NCBI GenBank assembly: GCA_009914755.4
Contig: CP068257.2
Location: 8,608,001 to 8,672,000, forward strand
DNA from: the human T2T-CHM13v2.0 reference genome, Homo sapiens
Direction: 5' to 3'
Length of the DNA stretch: 64,000 nucleotides
Shown here: one piece after another, positions 15,197 to 28,271 of the stretch
Layout: each line of letters starts with the position of its first letter
Position numbering within the stretch: position 1 is the stretch's first letter
Program-made: the position numbers and the translations under genes
The notes under the pieces: generated by a model
Database searches by the model: none
What the model saw: the letters and a program-made list of their open reading frames with translations, nothing else
What the model was told of the DNA's origin: nothing

Positions 15197-16530
15197 GCTG
15201 CGGAGGAATCACCGTGGACGAATCCTCCTTTCATCCCATGCTCTTGCGATGGATCCCTCTCACCTGTTTACTGATTTCATTCAAATTCTTCAGCGACCAC
15301 AGGACCCCGATTTGCCTTCTCTATCCTGGTTCCCATCACTCTGCTTTACAGGCCTGGCCTGCTCGCGGCTCCTCACACCAGCGCTGCAAGGCTCCCTCCT
15401 CGCCTCTGCCCTGTTTCCTCCAGCAGACAGGACTAGCTTCCTCCATCTCTATCGGGCAAAAGCCTGCTCAGCGTTCAAGACCCTCCTCAGATGCCGCCTC
15501 CACGATTAGGCTTCTTCCTGACCCCTGAGCCTGTAACATGCGCCACCATAACTCTCCACCTTATCCCACATTGCCACAGCACTCGCGAAGTCCGCGGCCC
15601 TCAACATGGCGCTTCATTCTATTTTAGGGTATTTTCTGCTTGCTTCCTGCACACACAGTTGCGCGAGGCACAGCCCCGAGTGACCCACGCACGAGTGGCC
15701 CCCGCTTCCAGACTCGCCGCCGCAGGCCGGCGAGGGCAGCCTAAGCCGCTTCCCGCCCCCGCAGGGACCGTCGCCAGCCCGCAGCTCTAGCGGGAGGCGG
15801 TTCCACAGAGAGCCCGGCAGTCCCGCCACCGTCAGCACCAGCGCCTCGGGAGGGCTTTCCCCACCTCTGGGAGGCACAAATCCTCAGGGGCTCCTCGAGA
15901 GGGATCCAGGGAGCAGATGTGTGCGGACACCTTTTGGCCCTCTGAGGCCGCTGTACCTCCCTGGCAGAAACCCGGAAGTGGAAATCTCAGCCATTCAGCG
16001 TTTGGGTGAAGATGAAGGCGGGTTCTGGACAGACGTACGCTGTCAGGAAGTGTTTACTTCGCCTCCACTTCTGTTCCTCCCCGCCCTGGTGCTGCTCCAG
16101 GTCACATACTTGTCCTGAGCCGGCTTCAGCCTCTCCGCGCAGAAGTCTCCCGGAGCCATGGCCGAGTACTCTTTTGTGAAGTCTACCAAGCTTGTGCTCA
16201 AGGGAACCAAGGCAAAGAGCTGGGTCCTGCAGCTCCGGCGGGAGCCTCCTCGGTTCTTTTCGGATGCACTCCACCCCCGCGGATCCGGTGGAAGCCGTGG
16301 TGCGAAGAGCTGGCTTCGTGGCCTCCCAGGTTTCGCCCTGACCCTGTCTGGGCTGGACGGAGGCCGGACCGCAGTTCGTGGCGCCTGTGCAGAGAGGGGC
16401 AACCTCCCGCGCTGACGACCCTGGAAACAGGATAGACGGGCGGGTGACCTGTGGCCCCGTACCCACGAGTTTGGGTCCGCTGAGGCATCTCTCCAGGCCT
16501 CTGCCTGGTGGGTCTGCGTTAGTCTGATCT
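15150..16530. promoter_or_regulatory. CpG island and promoter region of the FRG1-like locus (exon 1 and flanks)
   Basis: There is a sharp rise in GC and CpG density (ccgctgcggagg, cgcgaggcacagccccgagtgacccacgcacgagtgg, ggatccggtggaagccgtggtgcgaag). It sits directly over exon 1 and has no TATA box, as expected for a housekeeping-type promoter. Confidence 0.75.
16100..16219 (+). pseudogene. FRG1-like exon 1 (5'UTR plus ATG at 16158; 5' boundary approximate)
   Basis: The exon reads ATGGCCGAGTACTCTTTTGTGAAGTCTACCAAGCTTGTGCTCAAGGGAACCAAGGCAAAGAG, against FRG1 MAEYSYVKSTKLVLKGTKTKS. The conserved exon end AAAGAG at 16219 is followed by ctgg, not gt. The nearest GT is at 16224. Confidence 0.7.
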
Positions 16531-17561
16531 TGTAGTTCATGATAATAACTTCGTTTACTAAGGATTATTCTTTTCTCCATTGTCTCTTCCTGGAAAAATT
16601 ATTGATTATTTTTTTCTAAGCTAGTATGTAGAGTGAAACCAGGATGAATCACACAGTGGTTGAGGTGTACATAGGCTTTGATAGAGATATGGGATGGAAC
16701 CTGCACTCTGTCATTTACTAATTTTGTAATTTGTGGCAAATTGGTTAATATGTCTGAACTTCCATTTACTCATTAAGAGATCAAGTATCTTTAAACCTTC
16801 GTTTACACATTTATACTTTCAGACCATTTTTTATACCTTTAGAAGACTGTGAAGATTAAATTAGAGAACGTATATGCAGTAAATAAATTGAGCCAAATGT
16901 GAGGAGGAGGTCGTCGTGGTAATTTGTTAGCTCTTTAGGAGAAAAATACCTGTGCATTCATATCCCTGCTTCTTTTTTAACTGGCAGATTTGCCTGAGGT
17001 TGACTGTACATACAAATATTGAGCATTTCCTCCTGGTCTCCATGATAAACAGAGGTTTTGATATTGTTAGGCGAGATGGAAAGTATCAAAGAGTGAGCTG
17101 AAACCACTGCCTTTGAGAACCCTCTCAAGGAGTCTGGCCTCATGAAGATGCCAGAATAAATGGCAGGTATATCCTGAATGAATGTGAGATTTTTACTCTG
17201 TGAATTTCCTGTGAGGAGTGGTGAGTTATCCTCTGAAAACTTTATGATGAAAATGCAGACAAGAGTGTCTTAAGATTATCGCAGTAATCATAATTAATGC
17301 TTATATAGCACTTTCAATGCGCCAAGAAATTGTTGTAGGCGCTTTGCACATTAACTTTTTTCAAATCGCTCTTGGGTTTTTATTTTTTTATAGCGATGTA
17401 ATTCATAATTATAAAATTCACCCTTTTGTACAGTCAGTGGTTTTTAGTACATATTCAAGAGGTTCACCACTGTCTAGTTGCTCAGCATTTTCATCATCTC
17501 AGAAGGAAATCTCTTCCTACCCATTAAAGCAGTCACATCCCATCCTCCCTCTCTCCTAGTC

Positions 17562-17985
17562 CTTGGCAACCACTAGTCTGCTATCTATGTGAAATTGCCT
17601 ATTCTGAATATTTCCTAAGAAATCATGCAACATGTGGCCTTTTGTATCTGGCTTCTTTCACTTATAACATTCTTGAGGTCCATCATTGTTGTAGCACTTG
17701 TTCCTTTTTATGGCTGCATAGTATTCCATTGTATGGATGTAACATTTTGTTCATCCATTCATCAGTTGATGAACATTTAGGTTGTTTCCCCTTTTTGACT
17801 ATTGTGACTAATGCTAGTGTGAATATTCTTATGTAAGTATTTTTGTGGGGGTATGTTTTCATTTCCCTTGGGTATACATACTTAGGAGTAAAACTGCTGG
17901 GTCATATGGTAACTCTTTAACTTTTTGAGGAACCACAAACTGTTTCCTGTAGATGCTGCACCATTTTACATTTCCACCAGCAATG
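17562..17985 (-). mobile_element. L1M (L1MA/L1MB-like) 3'-end fragment, minus orientation, in intron 1
   Basis: The + strand reads as the L1M 3'-end antisense (ttggcaaccactagtctgctatctatg ... tggctgcatagtattccattgtatggatgt ... cattcatcagttgatgaacatttaggttgtttcc). Confidence 0.65.
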
Positions 17986-17989
17986 CATG

Positions 17990-18185
17990 AAGATACATAT
18001 TACCTCTTAATCCTCACAATAGCCTTAAGAGTTAAGTTATTATCCTAATTTTTTAAGTGGGGAAACTGACTCCCAGAGAGGTTCAGTACCTTTTCCAAAA
18101 ATCACAGAGCTAAGAAGTGACAGAATCAAGATTTAAAATCTGGCAGTGTGGCTCTACAATCTGCTTTGAACTTTAACATGATATG
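17990..18185 (+). mobile_element. MIR-like SINE fragment
   Basis: It reads cctcacaatagccttaagagttaagttattatcctaattttttaagtggggaaactgactcccagagaggttcagtacc...acagagctaagaagtgacagaatcaagatttaaaatctggcagtgtggctc, which resembles the MIR core (ttacagatgaggaaactgaggcacagagaggttaagtaacttgcccaaggtcacacagctagtaagtggcagagccgggatttgaacccag). Confidence 0.5.
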
Positions 18186-18365
18186 TACAAAGCCTGAAGC
18201 AACTTCTCAGTATTGTATTTAAGAGGGCATAGTAATGTAAGTCTTCCTAAATCAATAATTTATAAATGAAACAGCTTAAAAGACTTCCAAGTTTCAATCT
18301 TACGATATTTATTTATCACACAAATCAATGTACCTAAGCTCATCTGTATAAATAATGTCCTGTAG

Positions 18366-18435
18366 TAAGAAGAAAAAGAGGAAAGATAAGAGGAGAAAAA
18401 GAGAAGAAGATGAAGAAACTCAGTTTGATATGTTG
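18366..18435 (+). pseudogene. FRG1-like exon 2 (lysine/arginine-rich NLS region); 70 nt, one nt shorter than the 71 nt expected
   Basis: It has acceptor ..cctgtag| and donor |gtgagt. It encodes S KKKRKDKRRKREEDEETQFDML. FRG1 has ...DIVG (ATTGTTG), while here the sequence is ATGTTG, which causes a frameshift. Confidence 0.75.
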
Positions 18436-19331
18436 GTGAGTCAGTTTTCAGTGCTTTATTCTGAAAAAAGTTAACATTTCTTGAGATCTCATTGAAAATA
18501 TTTTCCTAGTTAGAAATTTATGATGTATTCATATTTGTCTTAAAGTGTTTAAATATTACCTACAGTTGTAAATTCCATTTATTCTTTAGCACAGTAGATG
18601 CTACTGATGCCTTTACTTCATTATCAGAACAGAGCACAGGAGAGAAGAATTACAACTCTCTGACTTAGTAGGCACCATTAGACTGCTTAATAGCCAGATA
18701 TTCTGATACATAATTTTAAAGGCTTAATGTAAATGTTATTAAACCAAATATATTTTACAAGTTATTTTCTTTGAACATGTATACATTTTAGTTGTAGAAG
18801 TCAGTTGTCTCTTAAACGAAGTATCTTCACAGGAAAAATCATTATTTTGTGAACTCTGAAATGAATGAAAATTTTAAATACAATATCAGGGTAGCCTGTA
18901 AATGATACTAGAAATAAACTGACCCAAACACACTTAACCAGCCTGTTTTCCACTTAGTTGTTTCCGTACTTTTTTTTCTCTTTTAAAACTTGGCAAATTG
19001 CATTTTGAATCTTCATAATTTATAGTAGCTTAAAAAATATATAAAATATGGAATGGTATAAAACTAATATTCTGGAAGAATCATTACTTTTGAAATGGCA
19101 AATCAATAATTCTAAAATTAGCATAAATATCTAGGGTAGATATGTAGATGTGGAATTGCTGTATCAAAGGATAGGTGAATGTTTAACTATATAAGAAACT
19201 GCCAAAAGTTTTCTAAAGTGGTTGTGCCATTTTACCCTCCCACCAACAATGAATTAGTTCTCCAGTTACATCCTTGCCAAGAGTTATCAGACTTTTCTGC
19301 CAGTCTGAGTTTTACCTTTTCCGTTTCTTAA

Positions 19332-19576
<245 letters not shown>

Positions 19577-21394
19577 AGAAGCTTTTAATTTTTATAAAGC
19601 TTAGTTTTTTTTTTTATTTTATGGTTACTGCCTTATCTCTTTGATCTAAGACATCTTTGCTTACCTCAAAGTAAGGAAAATATTCTACATTGTCTTTTAG
19701 AGGCCTCATAGTTTTAGTTTTTACATTAAATCTGTCATTAATCTCAAATTAATTTTTCGCATGGTGTGAGTTTGGTTTCAAGATTTACTTTTTTTTTTTT
19801 TTTTTAACAACTTGATAGCCATTTGTGCCAGCACCACCGGTGTTTCCTTTTTGCATTAATCCATTTTCGTATCTTCATAAAAAATCAATTACATTTCTAT
19901 GTATTGGTCTATTTCTGGACTCTGTTCTATCGATTGTCTGTTTTTCTATTGGTATATGTATCTTGATTGCTATAATTTCATGAAGTCTTGAGATCAGATG
20001 GTGTGTGTCCTCCAACTTTGTACTTACTAACTATTAGTTTATTAATTTCTACAGTGAAGCCTGTTGGATTTTCTCGGGGAATTGTATTGAGTCCAGATTA
20101 TTTTGGGGGAGAATCAACATCTTAATATTCGGCCTCAATATTTAATAATTTTCAATGTAGCAGTCTTGCATGCCTGTTTAAAAATTTATTCTTAAGTATT
20201 CTATAATTTTACACTACTGTCAGTAGAACTTTTGAATTTGATTTTCCAGTTGTTTGCTCTCAGTATGTAGATACACAATTGATTTTTGTATAGTGACTTT
20301 GTAGTCTGATAAGTCTGTTTCACTTATTACTTCTAGTGGTTTGTTTATATAGAAAACTAAGAAATTTGCAATTACGTTTCCTCTGACTATCCTTTTACTT
20401 CTTACTTTCTAATCCTTATGTCTTGTCTTGCTTTTTATTGGTTTATTATACTGTCCAGGACTTCCATAGTGTTGAACAGAAGTCACGAGAATGGGCATAA
20501 TTGCATGGTTCCCAAGCTTAGGCAGAAAGCTTTCAGTAGTCCACCGTATGGTATGATGTCTGTAGGATCTGCAGAGAAAACCTTTATCAAAATGAGGACA
20601 TTCCTTTTAAACTTTGTTTCTTGGGAGTTTTTATCATAACGATGTTTAATGCTGTCAAATGCCTCTTTCTGTATTTGTTGAGATGATTACACAACTTTCT
20701 TCATTCTACCAATGAATTACATTGGTTTCATTTTCAACTTTTAAACTAACTTTACATCCCTGAGATAAACCCCACTTGGTTGTGGTGCGTTGTCCTTAGG
20801 GATATTGCTAGAGTTGATTTCTAGGTGTTTGTTTGTTTGTTTGTAAGATTTCTATATTGGTGTTGATGGGAGATATTGGACTTTTGTATCCTTTTCTTGT
20901 AATGACTTTATTTGATTTTGGTGTCAAGGTGATATTTGGTGTCATAAAATTAGACGGGAAGTGCTGTCTCCTTCCCTGTTTTTGGAAATAGCTGTGTAAG
21001 ATCGGTATGATTTCTTCTTTACATGTTTGATAGGATTTACCAGTGAAGTCATCTGAACCTAGAGGGTTTTATTTGGTTTGGTTTTATTTTTTTGTGGGAG
21101 AATTAAGATTTTTTTAAGAGATATTTTCAGATTTTTCTGTTGTCAGTTTTGGTAATTTGTGTCTTTTAGGAAAATTTCATTTCATCCAAGTTGTTGGATT
21201 TATTGGCATAAAATTGTTCAGAATATTCCTTTAATATCCTTTTAATGTCTTATAATCTAATCTGTATTGCAGTCTCTTCATATTGGTAATTTGTGTTTTT
21301 TCTATTTTTTCCTGGATCAGTCAGTCTAGCTGGAGGTTTATCAATTCTTTATAAGATCACTTATTTTAGATCATTAATGATCTTTTAATACAGG

Positions 21395-21610
21395 GGTATT
21401 CAAACTTTTAGCTTCCCTGGGCCACAGTGGAAGGAGAATTGTCTTGGGCCACAAATAGAATACACTAATGATAGGCTGATGAGCCAAAAAAAAAGGAAAA
21501 AAAATCTCATAATGTTTCAAGAAAGTTTATGAATTAGTGTTGGGCTGCATTCAAAGCTGGCCTGGGCCACATGCAGCCCTCAGGTTGGACAAGCCTGTTT
21601 CAGTATTACT
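21395..21610. mobile_element. Non-autonomous DNA-transposon-like repeat (MER5-like; family uncertain)
   Basis: It reads ggccacagtggaaggagaattgtcttgggccacaaatagaatacactaatgataggctgatgagccaaaaaaaaagg...gttgggctgcattcaaagctggcctgggccacatgcagccctcaggttggacaagcctg, which matches a common hAT-type MER consensus from memory. Confidence 0.35.
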
Positions 21611-21957
21611 TATTTTGTCTTTTTTTCATTTTTTATTTCATTTATTTTCAGTCTTTTTTTTTCCTCCCTTTAACTTATTTTCAGTTTACTTTGCTCTTGT
21701 TTTATTGCTTCTTAAGAAAGCAGTTAGATATCTTCATTCCATGTTAGTTTTAGTTATAGTCAACACATTTTGCTTTCATTTTCATTCCATTCAAAATATC
21801 ATCTAGTTTTCCTTGTGATTTTTCTTTTCATGGACATTTGAGTTATTTAAAAGTGTATTGTTTTTAATTTCTACTACATAGAGATATTATAGGTATGTTA
21901 TTGTTGCTGATTTCTAATTCATTTATAGTATAGTTGGGGAACATACTTTCTCAGTGA

Positions 21958-22314
<357 letters not shown>

Positions 22315-23858
22315 TGGTTCAGTGTTCTTCAGATGTCAATTAGATCAACTGGTGGAGCTTGTGACTATGCACATCTTCTGTGTCCTTACTGATTTTTTAC
22401 TCATCATACAATGTATTGAGAGTTATGTTAGAATCTCCAGCTGTAGTTCTAGATCTGTCTACTTGAGCAGTTTTTGCTTAAAGTATTTTGAAGCTGTCAT
22501 GTGTACACATTTAGGATTGTTAAGTCTTCCTTATAAATTCAGTCTTTCATTTTCATAACATTTTAACCTTTATTTCTGTTAAATGTCTTGATGCCTAGTT
22601 AAATTATTTGACCACCCTTTTGCTCCTGTCAAGCCTGGGTCTTTGTTAGTTTGTGCTTATTTATTAGGTTTTTGCCTGTAGACTTAGACAGTGACTCTTA
22701 CTCTAGGAAAGATTCATCCTCATGGGCCTCAGCCACATGTTCTAGGTATACTTTGTGAGTTCTCTCCACTCTGCTATGTCCCAAATTTGTGTGATCTCTG
22801 GCATCTCCAGTCAGCCCTCAGAAGTGCCAGCCACTCTGCAGAGGCCTTGTGGAGCCTGTCTGCTCTATGCACTCCCCCCAGCCCTTGGCCGCAGACCTGC
22901 CGAGAACTTTTGCATACTCTTTTGAGACCTCACCTGTATGTAGTTCCCTCTTCTCCAGTACCTTATTCTATAAACTCCAAACACCTTAGCACTGCAAGAC
23001 TCTCAGCTTAGAGTAAGTGGCATTGCCTCATTTTTGGACGTCTCTACCTCTCTCTGCATGGTCAAGAAACTGCCATTGGGCAGAAAACAGAAGTATGTGT
23101 GAGATTTGCCTCCTGTGTTTTCCAGTTCTCAAATATCACAGTCCTGTTCTGCCTGTGTTCCAATCCCTGAAAACAGTTCTCTCTAATATTCTATCCAGTT
23201 TCAGTTTTCTCATTGGTCATTGTGGGAGGGCAAGTCCATCTTGGCTGGAAGAGGAAGTCCTTCTGCATCTTTTTCTCTTTGTCCTTCCACCTTCTTTTGC
23301 ATTGTGGATTTTCTAAACTTGCTGTATAAGTAAGCATGTGCCTATTTGTGAAGGGAAAGAAAAAAACCTTTTAATTTTTTAAAGCTGTTCTGTTGGTTCT
23401 TCACAAGGATCTGAAGGGATTGGTAAATAGGATGAAAGAAATTCTGTCTCTAACATGGAGAATACCATGTGTGACATTAATAAAAATGAGCATGTCTGTA
23501 AGCAAAGAGTTTCACTGAGCTCTGCTAGATTCAGAAGCAATTGAACTTACAACATCACAGTTTGCAAAACACAGATTTGATTTACCCAGGAACTAAAGCT
23601 AAGTAAGCTATGGGTTAATAGAAGGTCTGTGAAGGGTACTTAGACTACAGTAAGATTGGGGAAGAAAATTCCATTTCCAAATCTAAGATATATCATTCCT
23701 TTGTGCCAAGAACATAATGAAGGTAGAGGTTTAAGGGGGCCCTTAGCACAGAAGCACTGGGTTAGTCAGAAGGTGAAGTGAGCTGTCACACAGCCTTGAT
23801 GCTAGAATGAGAGTGCCTTGGTAGTATTTTATCAGCCATGACACTGGTGCATCGGGAC

Positions 23859-24145
23859 TTTTTTTTTTTTTTTGAGACAGGCTCTTGCTTTGTTGCTCAG
23901 GCTGGAGTGCAGTGACATGATGGTGGTTCAGTTCACCCTCGACCTCGTAGGCTCAAGCAATCCTCTCACCTCAGACTCCCGAGTAGCTGGGACCACAGGC
24001 TTGTACCACCATACCCAGCTAATTTCTTAATTTTTTTGTAGAGATGGGGGTCTCCTTTTGTTGCCTAGGCTGATTTTGAACTCCTGGGCTTAAGTGATTA
24101 TCCTGCTTCCACCTCTCAAAGTGCTGGATTACAAACATGCCAGAC
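23859..24145 (-). mobile_element. Alu (AluJ-like, diverged), minus orientation
   Basis: There is a poly-T, then gagacaggctcttgctttgttgctcaggctggagtgcagtgacatgatgg ... ctcaaagtgctggattacaaacatgccag. Confidence 0.85.
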
Positions 24146-25129
24146 ATATAGAAACATTCTCAACTATGTGAAAATATGTGAAAAGCTTTGTTATGCATTG
24201 TGAGACAACCCAGTGGGAATATTTCACCATCTGCCTAAGGTTTAAAAGTAAATAACTTTAAGCATATGTCTAAATAGCAAGTAATGTTTTAGAGCGGATT
24301 CTCTTAAATTCAGCTTGTGTGTCTGCAGCATATACACAGCTGGAGCTGTCACCTGACATAGAGACAGGCAACTTCAGTGCCCACTGTTCTTAGGATCCAC
24401 TGCTTTTTCACAGCTAAAACCCCCAAGTGGCATCGTTAAGTATCATGTTATGTTACTTTAGTCGTTAAACGTATAAGCATACCTCCAAAGGTTGAATGTA
24501 GGCCACTTGCAGAAAGTAAGCAGAATGCTCACAGGTAATTCTTGATGATACTGTGTTTAGGTTTCTTATTCTTTGAAATCCCATTGAGAAAAAATACTGG
24601 CATCTGCTCAAAGTAATTTCTTTTTCAGTTGACAATATTATAAGTAATGTTATTGTATCATTTCCTTACTTGGACAGAGGGTGAAAATTTTGAGGAGCTT
24701 GTCTGCCAGAAATTTCTTCTTCATTTGAAAAACATTAATGAGATATTATATTTAAATGATTTTATTTAATATTAAGTGTACTTGGTGAACGTGGCATAGA
24801 ACATACAAAATAAAACTAATTTAAAATTATTAACTATTACATTTATAGGAAAGACTTGCTAATCATAACACTGTTCATAATGATTCTGAATAAAGCATTA
24901 TTTCTTTTACTGAAAACAATTGTAGCTATAACTCAGTCATCTAAATTGTCATTAGTTTTATTGCTTTCTAATCGTCTTGAGCTGAAATTTTAATTTTGAT
25001 TAATTTTCTTTTTCTCCATTGGTTTTGTGTGTGTGTGGAGGTAAAATATACAGAATATTGAATTTGCCAGTTTTTCTACTTTTACGTGTACACTTCAGTG
25101 GCATTTAAATACATGCATCATTTACCTTC

Positions 25130-25760
25130 CCACCAGCATTGCACAGGGTTTCAGTTTACCACATTCTGCCCAACATTTGTTTTTCTGGTTTTCTTGGTTT
25201 CTGTTTTTTGTTTGTTTTGATAATAGCATTCTAATGGGTGTGAAGTGGTATTGCATTATGGTTTTGATTTATATTTCCCTACTGACTAGTGATGTTGAGC
25301 ATCTTTTCCAGTGCTTATTGGCCATTTGTATAACATCTTTGGAGCAATGTCCGTATATATCCTTTGCCCAGTTTTGAATTGTGGTATTTGTCTTTCTGGA
25401 GTTCTCTATATAGTCTGGATATTAATTCCTTATAATGTTTGTAGTTTACAAATATTTTCTGCATTTTCTGGGTTGCCTTTTACTCTGTTGACAGTGGTTC
25501 TTAATGCACAAAATTTTTAATTCTGATGAAGTCCAGTTTGTCTACGTTTTCTTTTGTTGCCTGTGCCTTTGATGTTCTATATAAGAAATCATTGCCAAAT
25601 TCATTGTCGTGAAGCTTTTCCCATTTTCTTCTAAAAGTTTTCTAACTTTAGCTCTTACATTTAGGTCTTTTGTCTATTTTAAGTTACTTTTTGTATTTTG
25701 TGTTAGATAAGGGTCCAACTTCATTTTAGCTAAAATTTTATGTATTTTAAAATTGACTAT
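25130..25760 (-). mobile_element. L1M 3'-region fragment, minus orientation
   Basis: It reads ccaccagcattgcacagggtttcagtttaccacattctgcc...gggtgtgaagtggtattgcattatggttttgatttatatttccctactgactagtgatgttgagcatcttttccagtgcttattggccatttgtat..., which is the L1 antisense consensus pattern. Confidence 0.65.
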
Positions 25761-26360
25761 GAAAAGCATGAAATGTTTAGTTGAATAGAAAGTTTTGTGC
25801 AGTGGAATAAACTGAATCTTTAAAACCTTTTTATTATGGAAATATGCAAACTAATCCATACATAGAAGAATATAATGAGTCCCCCATGTGCCCAGGCCCC
25901 AGTATTAATTATCAATATTTTGCCAATCTCGTTTCATTTACATACACACCCCCACACACTTTTTTCCTAGAAAATTTTAAGTAAAATCACAGATATTACA
26001 TCATTTTACCCATAAGTACATAAATGTGCATTTCTTAACGTGGTATGTCTTTCTCTCATCACCTGTTTTGTTCTTTACTTTTATACATTATACTATGTCA
26101 TTATCAGACCTTGTAAAATTAACAAGAATTCCTTAATATGTAATATCCATTTAATGATTGACTCATTTCTACTCTAGTTAAAGTACAATTTAGGAGGAGT
26201 TTTGAGGATATTTTTTAACATTAAGATATAAACTTTTATAACAACGCTAAAATAATGTTTGCTAGACTCTAACATTTCTATTGGCAAATTGGACATTAGT
26301 ATACATAGACATAGGTTCTGCTCATTTTGCTTTCAATGTAAAATCATAGTTAAGATTACT

Positions 26361-26664
26361 GGCTGGGAGCGGTGGCTCAAACCTGTAATCTCAGCACTTT
26401 GGGAGGCAGAGGCGGGTGGATCACGAGGTCAGGAGTTCAAGACCAGCCTGACCAATGTGGTGAAACCCCGTCTCTACTAAAAATACAAAAAAAATTATTC
26501 GGGCATGGTGGCAGGCTCTTGTAACCCCAGCTACTCGGGAAGCTAGGCAGAGAATTGTTTGAACCCAGGAAGTGGAGGTTGCAGTGAGCCAAGATCACAT
26601 CACTGCACTCCAGCCTGGGCGACAGAGCGAGACTCCATCTCAAAAAAAAAAAAAAAAAAAAAAA
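26361..26664 (+). mobile_element. Alu (AluS/Y-like), full length with a 23-nt A tail
   Basis: It reads ggctgggagcggtggctcaaacctgtaatctcagcactttgggaggcagaggcgggtggatcacgaggtcaggagttcaagaccagcctgacc...gagactccatctcaaaaaaaa... Confidence 0.9.
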
Positions 26665-26832
26665 TTACTATGCTAGAAAGTCTTCCTGTAGAGGCATTTT
26701 TAAGAAGCATTATGATAGGCATTGCCTCTGGAAAGCAGGCATGAATAGATGGCTGGGGTCTATCACGAGAGAGACCGTTCTTCATATATCACTTTGTACC
26801 CTCACATGTTGCCTTTTGTTTTGTTTTGGTCT

Positions 26833-26984
26833 TTTTTTGAGACAGGACCTTGTTCTGTCACTCAGGCTAGAGTACAGTGGCGTGATCATAGCTCACTATA
26901 ACCTTGAGCTCCTGGGCTCAAGTGATCCTCTTTCACAGCTCCCTGAGTAGCTGGGATTACAGGCATGCACCCCCATGCCGGGCT
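26833..26984 (-). mobile_element. Alu right-arm fragment, minus orientation
   Basis: It reads tttttttgagacaggaccttgttctgtcactcaggctagagtacagtggcgtgatcatagctcactataaccttgagctcctgggctcaagtgatcc...gagtagctgggattacaggcatgcaccc. Confidence 0.75.
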
Positions 26985-27313
26985 GTATGTTGCTATTGTG
27001 TATTTTAAAATCCTAATCCTGACTGTGCTGTTAGTTGCAGGAATCTGTGCACATACATGCAAACAAGTACATGTAAAACTGGTGAAATCTGAATAAGCTT
27101 CATTGGTTATATCAATGTCAGTTTCCTTATTCTAACAAAGTATGATACTTATGCAAGATGTTATCATTGAGACAAAGCGAGTAAAAGATATGTGAGATCT
27201 TCGTAGTATTTCTTATGACTGCAAAATAAAAGGTTTTTAAAACTAAGTTATAATAACAAAGAACTCTGTGTCAAAACTAAAATATAAAATTGAAATATCA
27301 TTTTATTTTTTAG

Positions 27314-27436
27314 GAATCTGGTGAACAGTAACAAACTTTGGTGAAATTTCAGGAACCATAGCCATTGAAATGGATGAGGGAACCTATATACATGCACTCG
27401 ACAATGGCCTTTTTACCCTGGGAGCTCCACACAAAG
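27314..27436 (+). pseudogene. FRG1-like exon 3 carrying TGG->TGA (27322-27324) in the FRG1 reading frame
   Basis: Acceptor is ttttttag|, donor is |gtttgt. The FRG1 frame reads GA ATC TGG TGA ACA GTA ACA AAC TTT GGT..., giving [26 protein letters not shown]1 has [24 protein letters not shown]. Confidence 0.8.
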
Positions 27437-28213
27437 GTTTGTGTCTGGAAGGGAAGATCCTGCCACAAGTGTAGATTTTAGGACATTCATTCACTTAGGC
27501 CAAACTCTAACTAGTCTCAAACATTTTCCAAAGGAAAGGAACCATTGCATTAGACTCTTCCATTTTTTTTAATTCCTTAATATTTACCAGCCATTGGCAA
27601 GTCCCTCTTTCTAATATAAGCATTTGAAAACATTCCATATAGTTCCAGAAGAGTATCTTTGGAAATCAAAACAATATGAATAATTAAAATAGTAAGTGGA
27701 AAGAAAAAAGAAAACCTATTTGAGTCAAACATATTTGAATTTCTTTTTTATTCAGACCTATTACCAAAACTAACCTGGGTGAATTTAACAATTTGAAGTT
27801 TCCTCATTTTCTTTAGCCCATTAGAGGAAACACTAATGAGATACGAAGTAATTAGAAGATAAAAAGCAGTATCATTTCATAAGCAAGGCCATCCATTGAA
27901 TAAATGAAAGCATTTAGCTTTTTTAAATAAGTGCTTATTTATGACTGTATTTTAAAACATAAAGAGAAGCTATCTCGAAAGTTATTAAATAAGCATTATA
28001 TCACCCTGTCTTAGTGTATAAAATTAACACTGTAGCTAAAAGAAGGTAAAATAGATCTTGATTCCAAAGATACAGTATTGCAGTGACATCAGTATATCTG
28101 AATATTCTTACATTTAATTGCAGAAGAAAATAGCCACATTTTTTAAAACATAATAATATCTTTATATTTATAGAAAATGTCAAATTTATTTTCAAATGTT
28201 TTTTCTCCAATAG

Positions 28214-28271
28214 TTGATGAGGGCCCTAGTCCTCCAGAGCAGTTTATGGCTGTCAAATTATCTGATTCCAG
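28214..28271 (+). pseudogene. FRG1-like exon 4
   Basis: Acceptor is caatag|, donor is |gtgaac. It encodes (K)VDEGPSPPEQFMAVKLSDS(R). The Met instead of FRG1's Thr is the same change I recall in the FRG1B sequence. Confidence 0.8.

Noticed and set aside
15064-15528. 154-aa + ORF immediately upstream of the promoter, containing the 36-bp duplication (FGVTYAINNTHR x2)
   Set aside because: The repeated peptide comes from the DNA duplication. It has no codon-usage or homology support and lies in promoter-flank sequence.
15987-16580. Long minus-strand ORFs (197 aa and 165 aa) and + ORFs (99 aa, 85 aa) overlapping the CpG island and exon 1
   Set aside because: They lie in the most GC-rich stretch, where stop codons are rare by composition. 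The translations are Pro/Arg/Gly/Ala-rich with no recognisable domain. The region is better explained as the promoter and 5' end of the FRG1-like gene.
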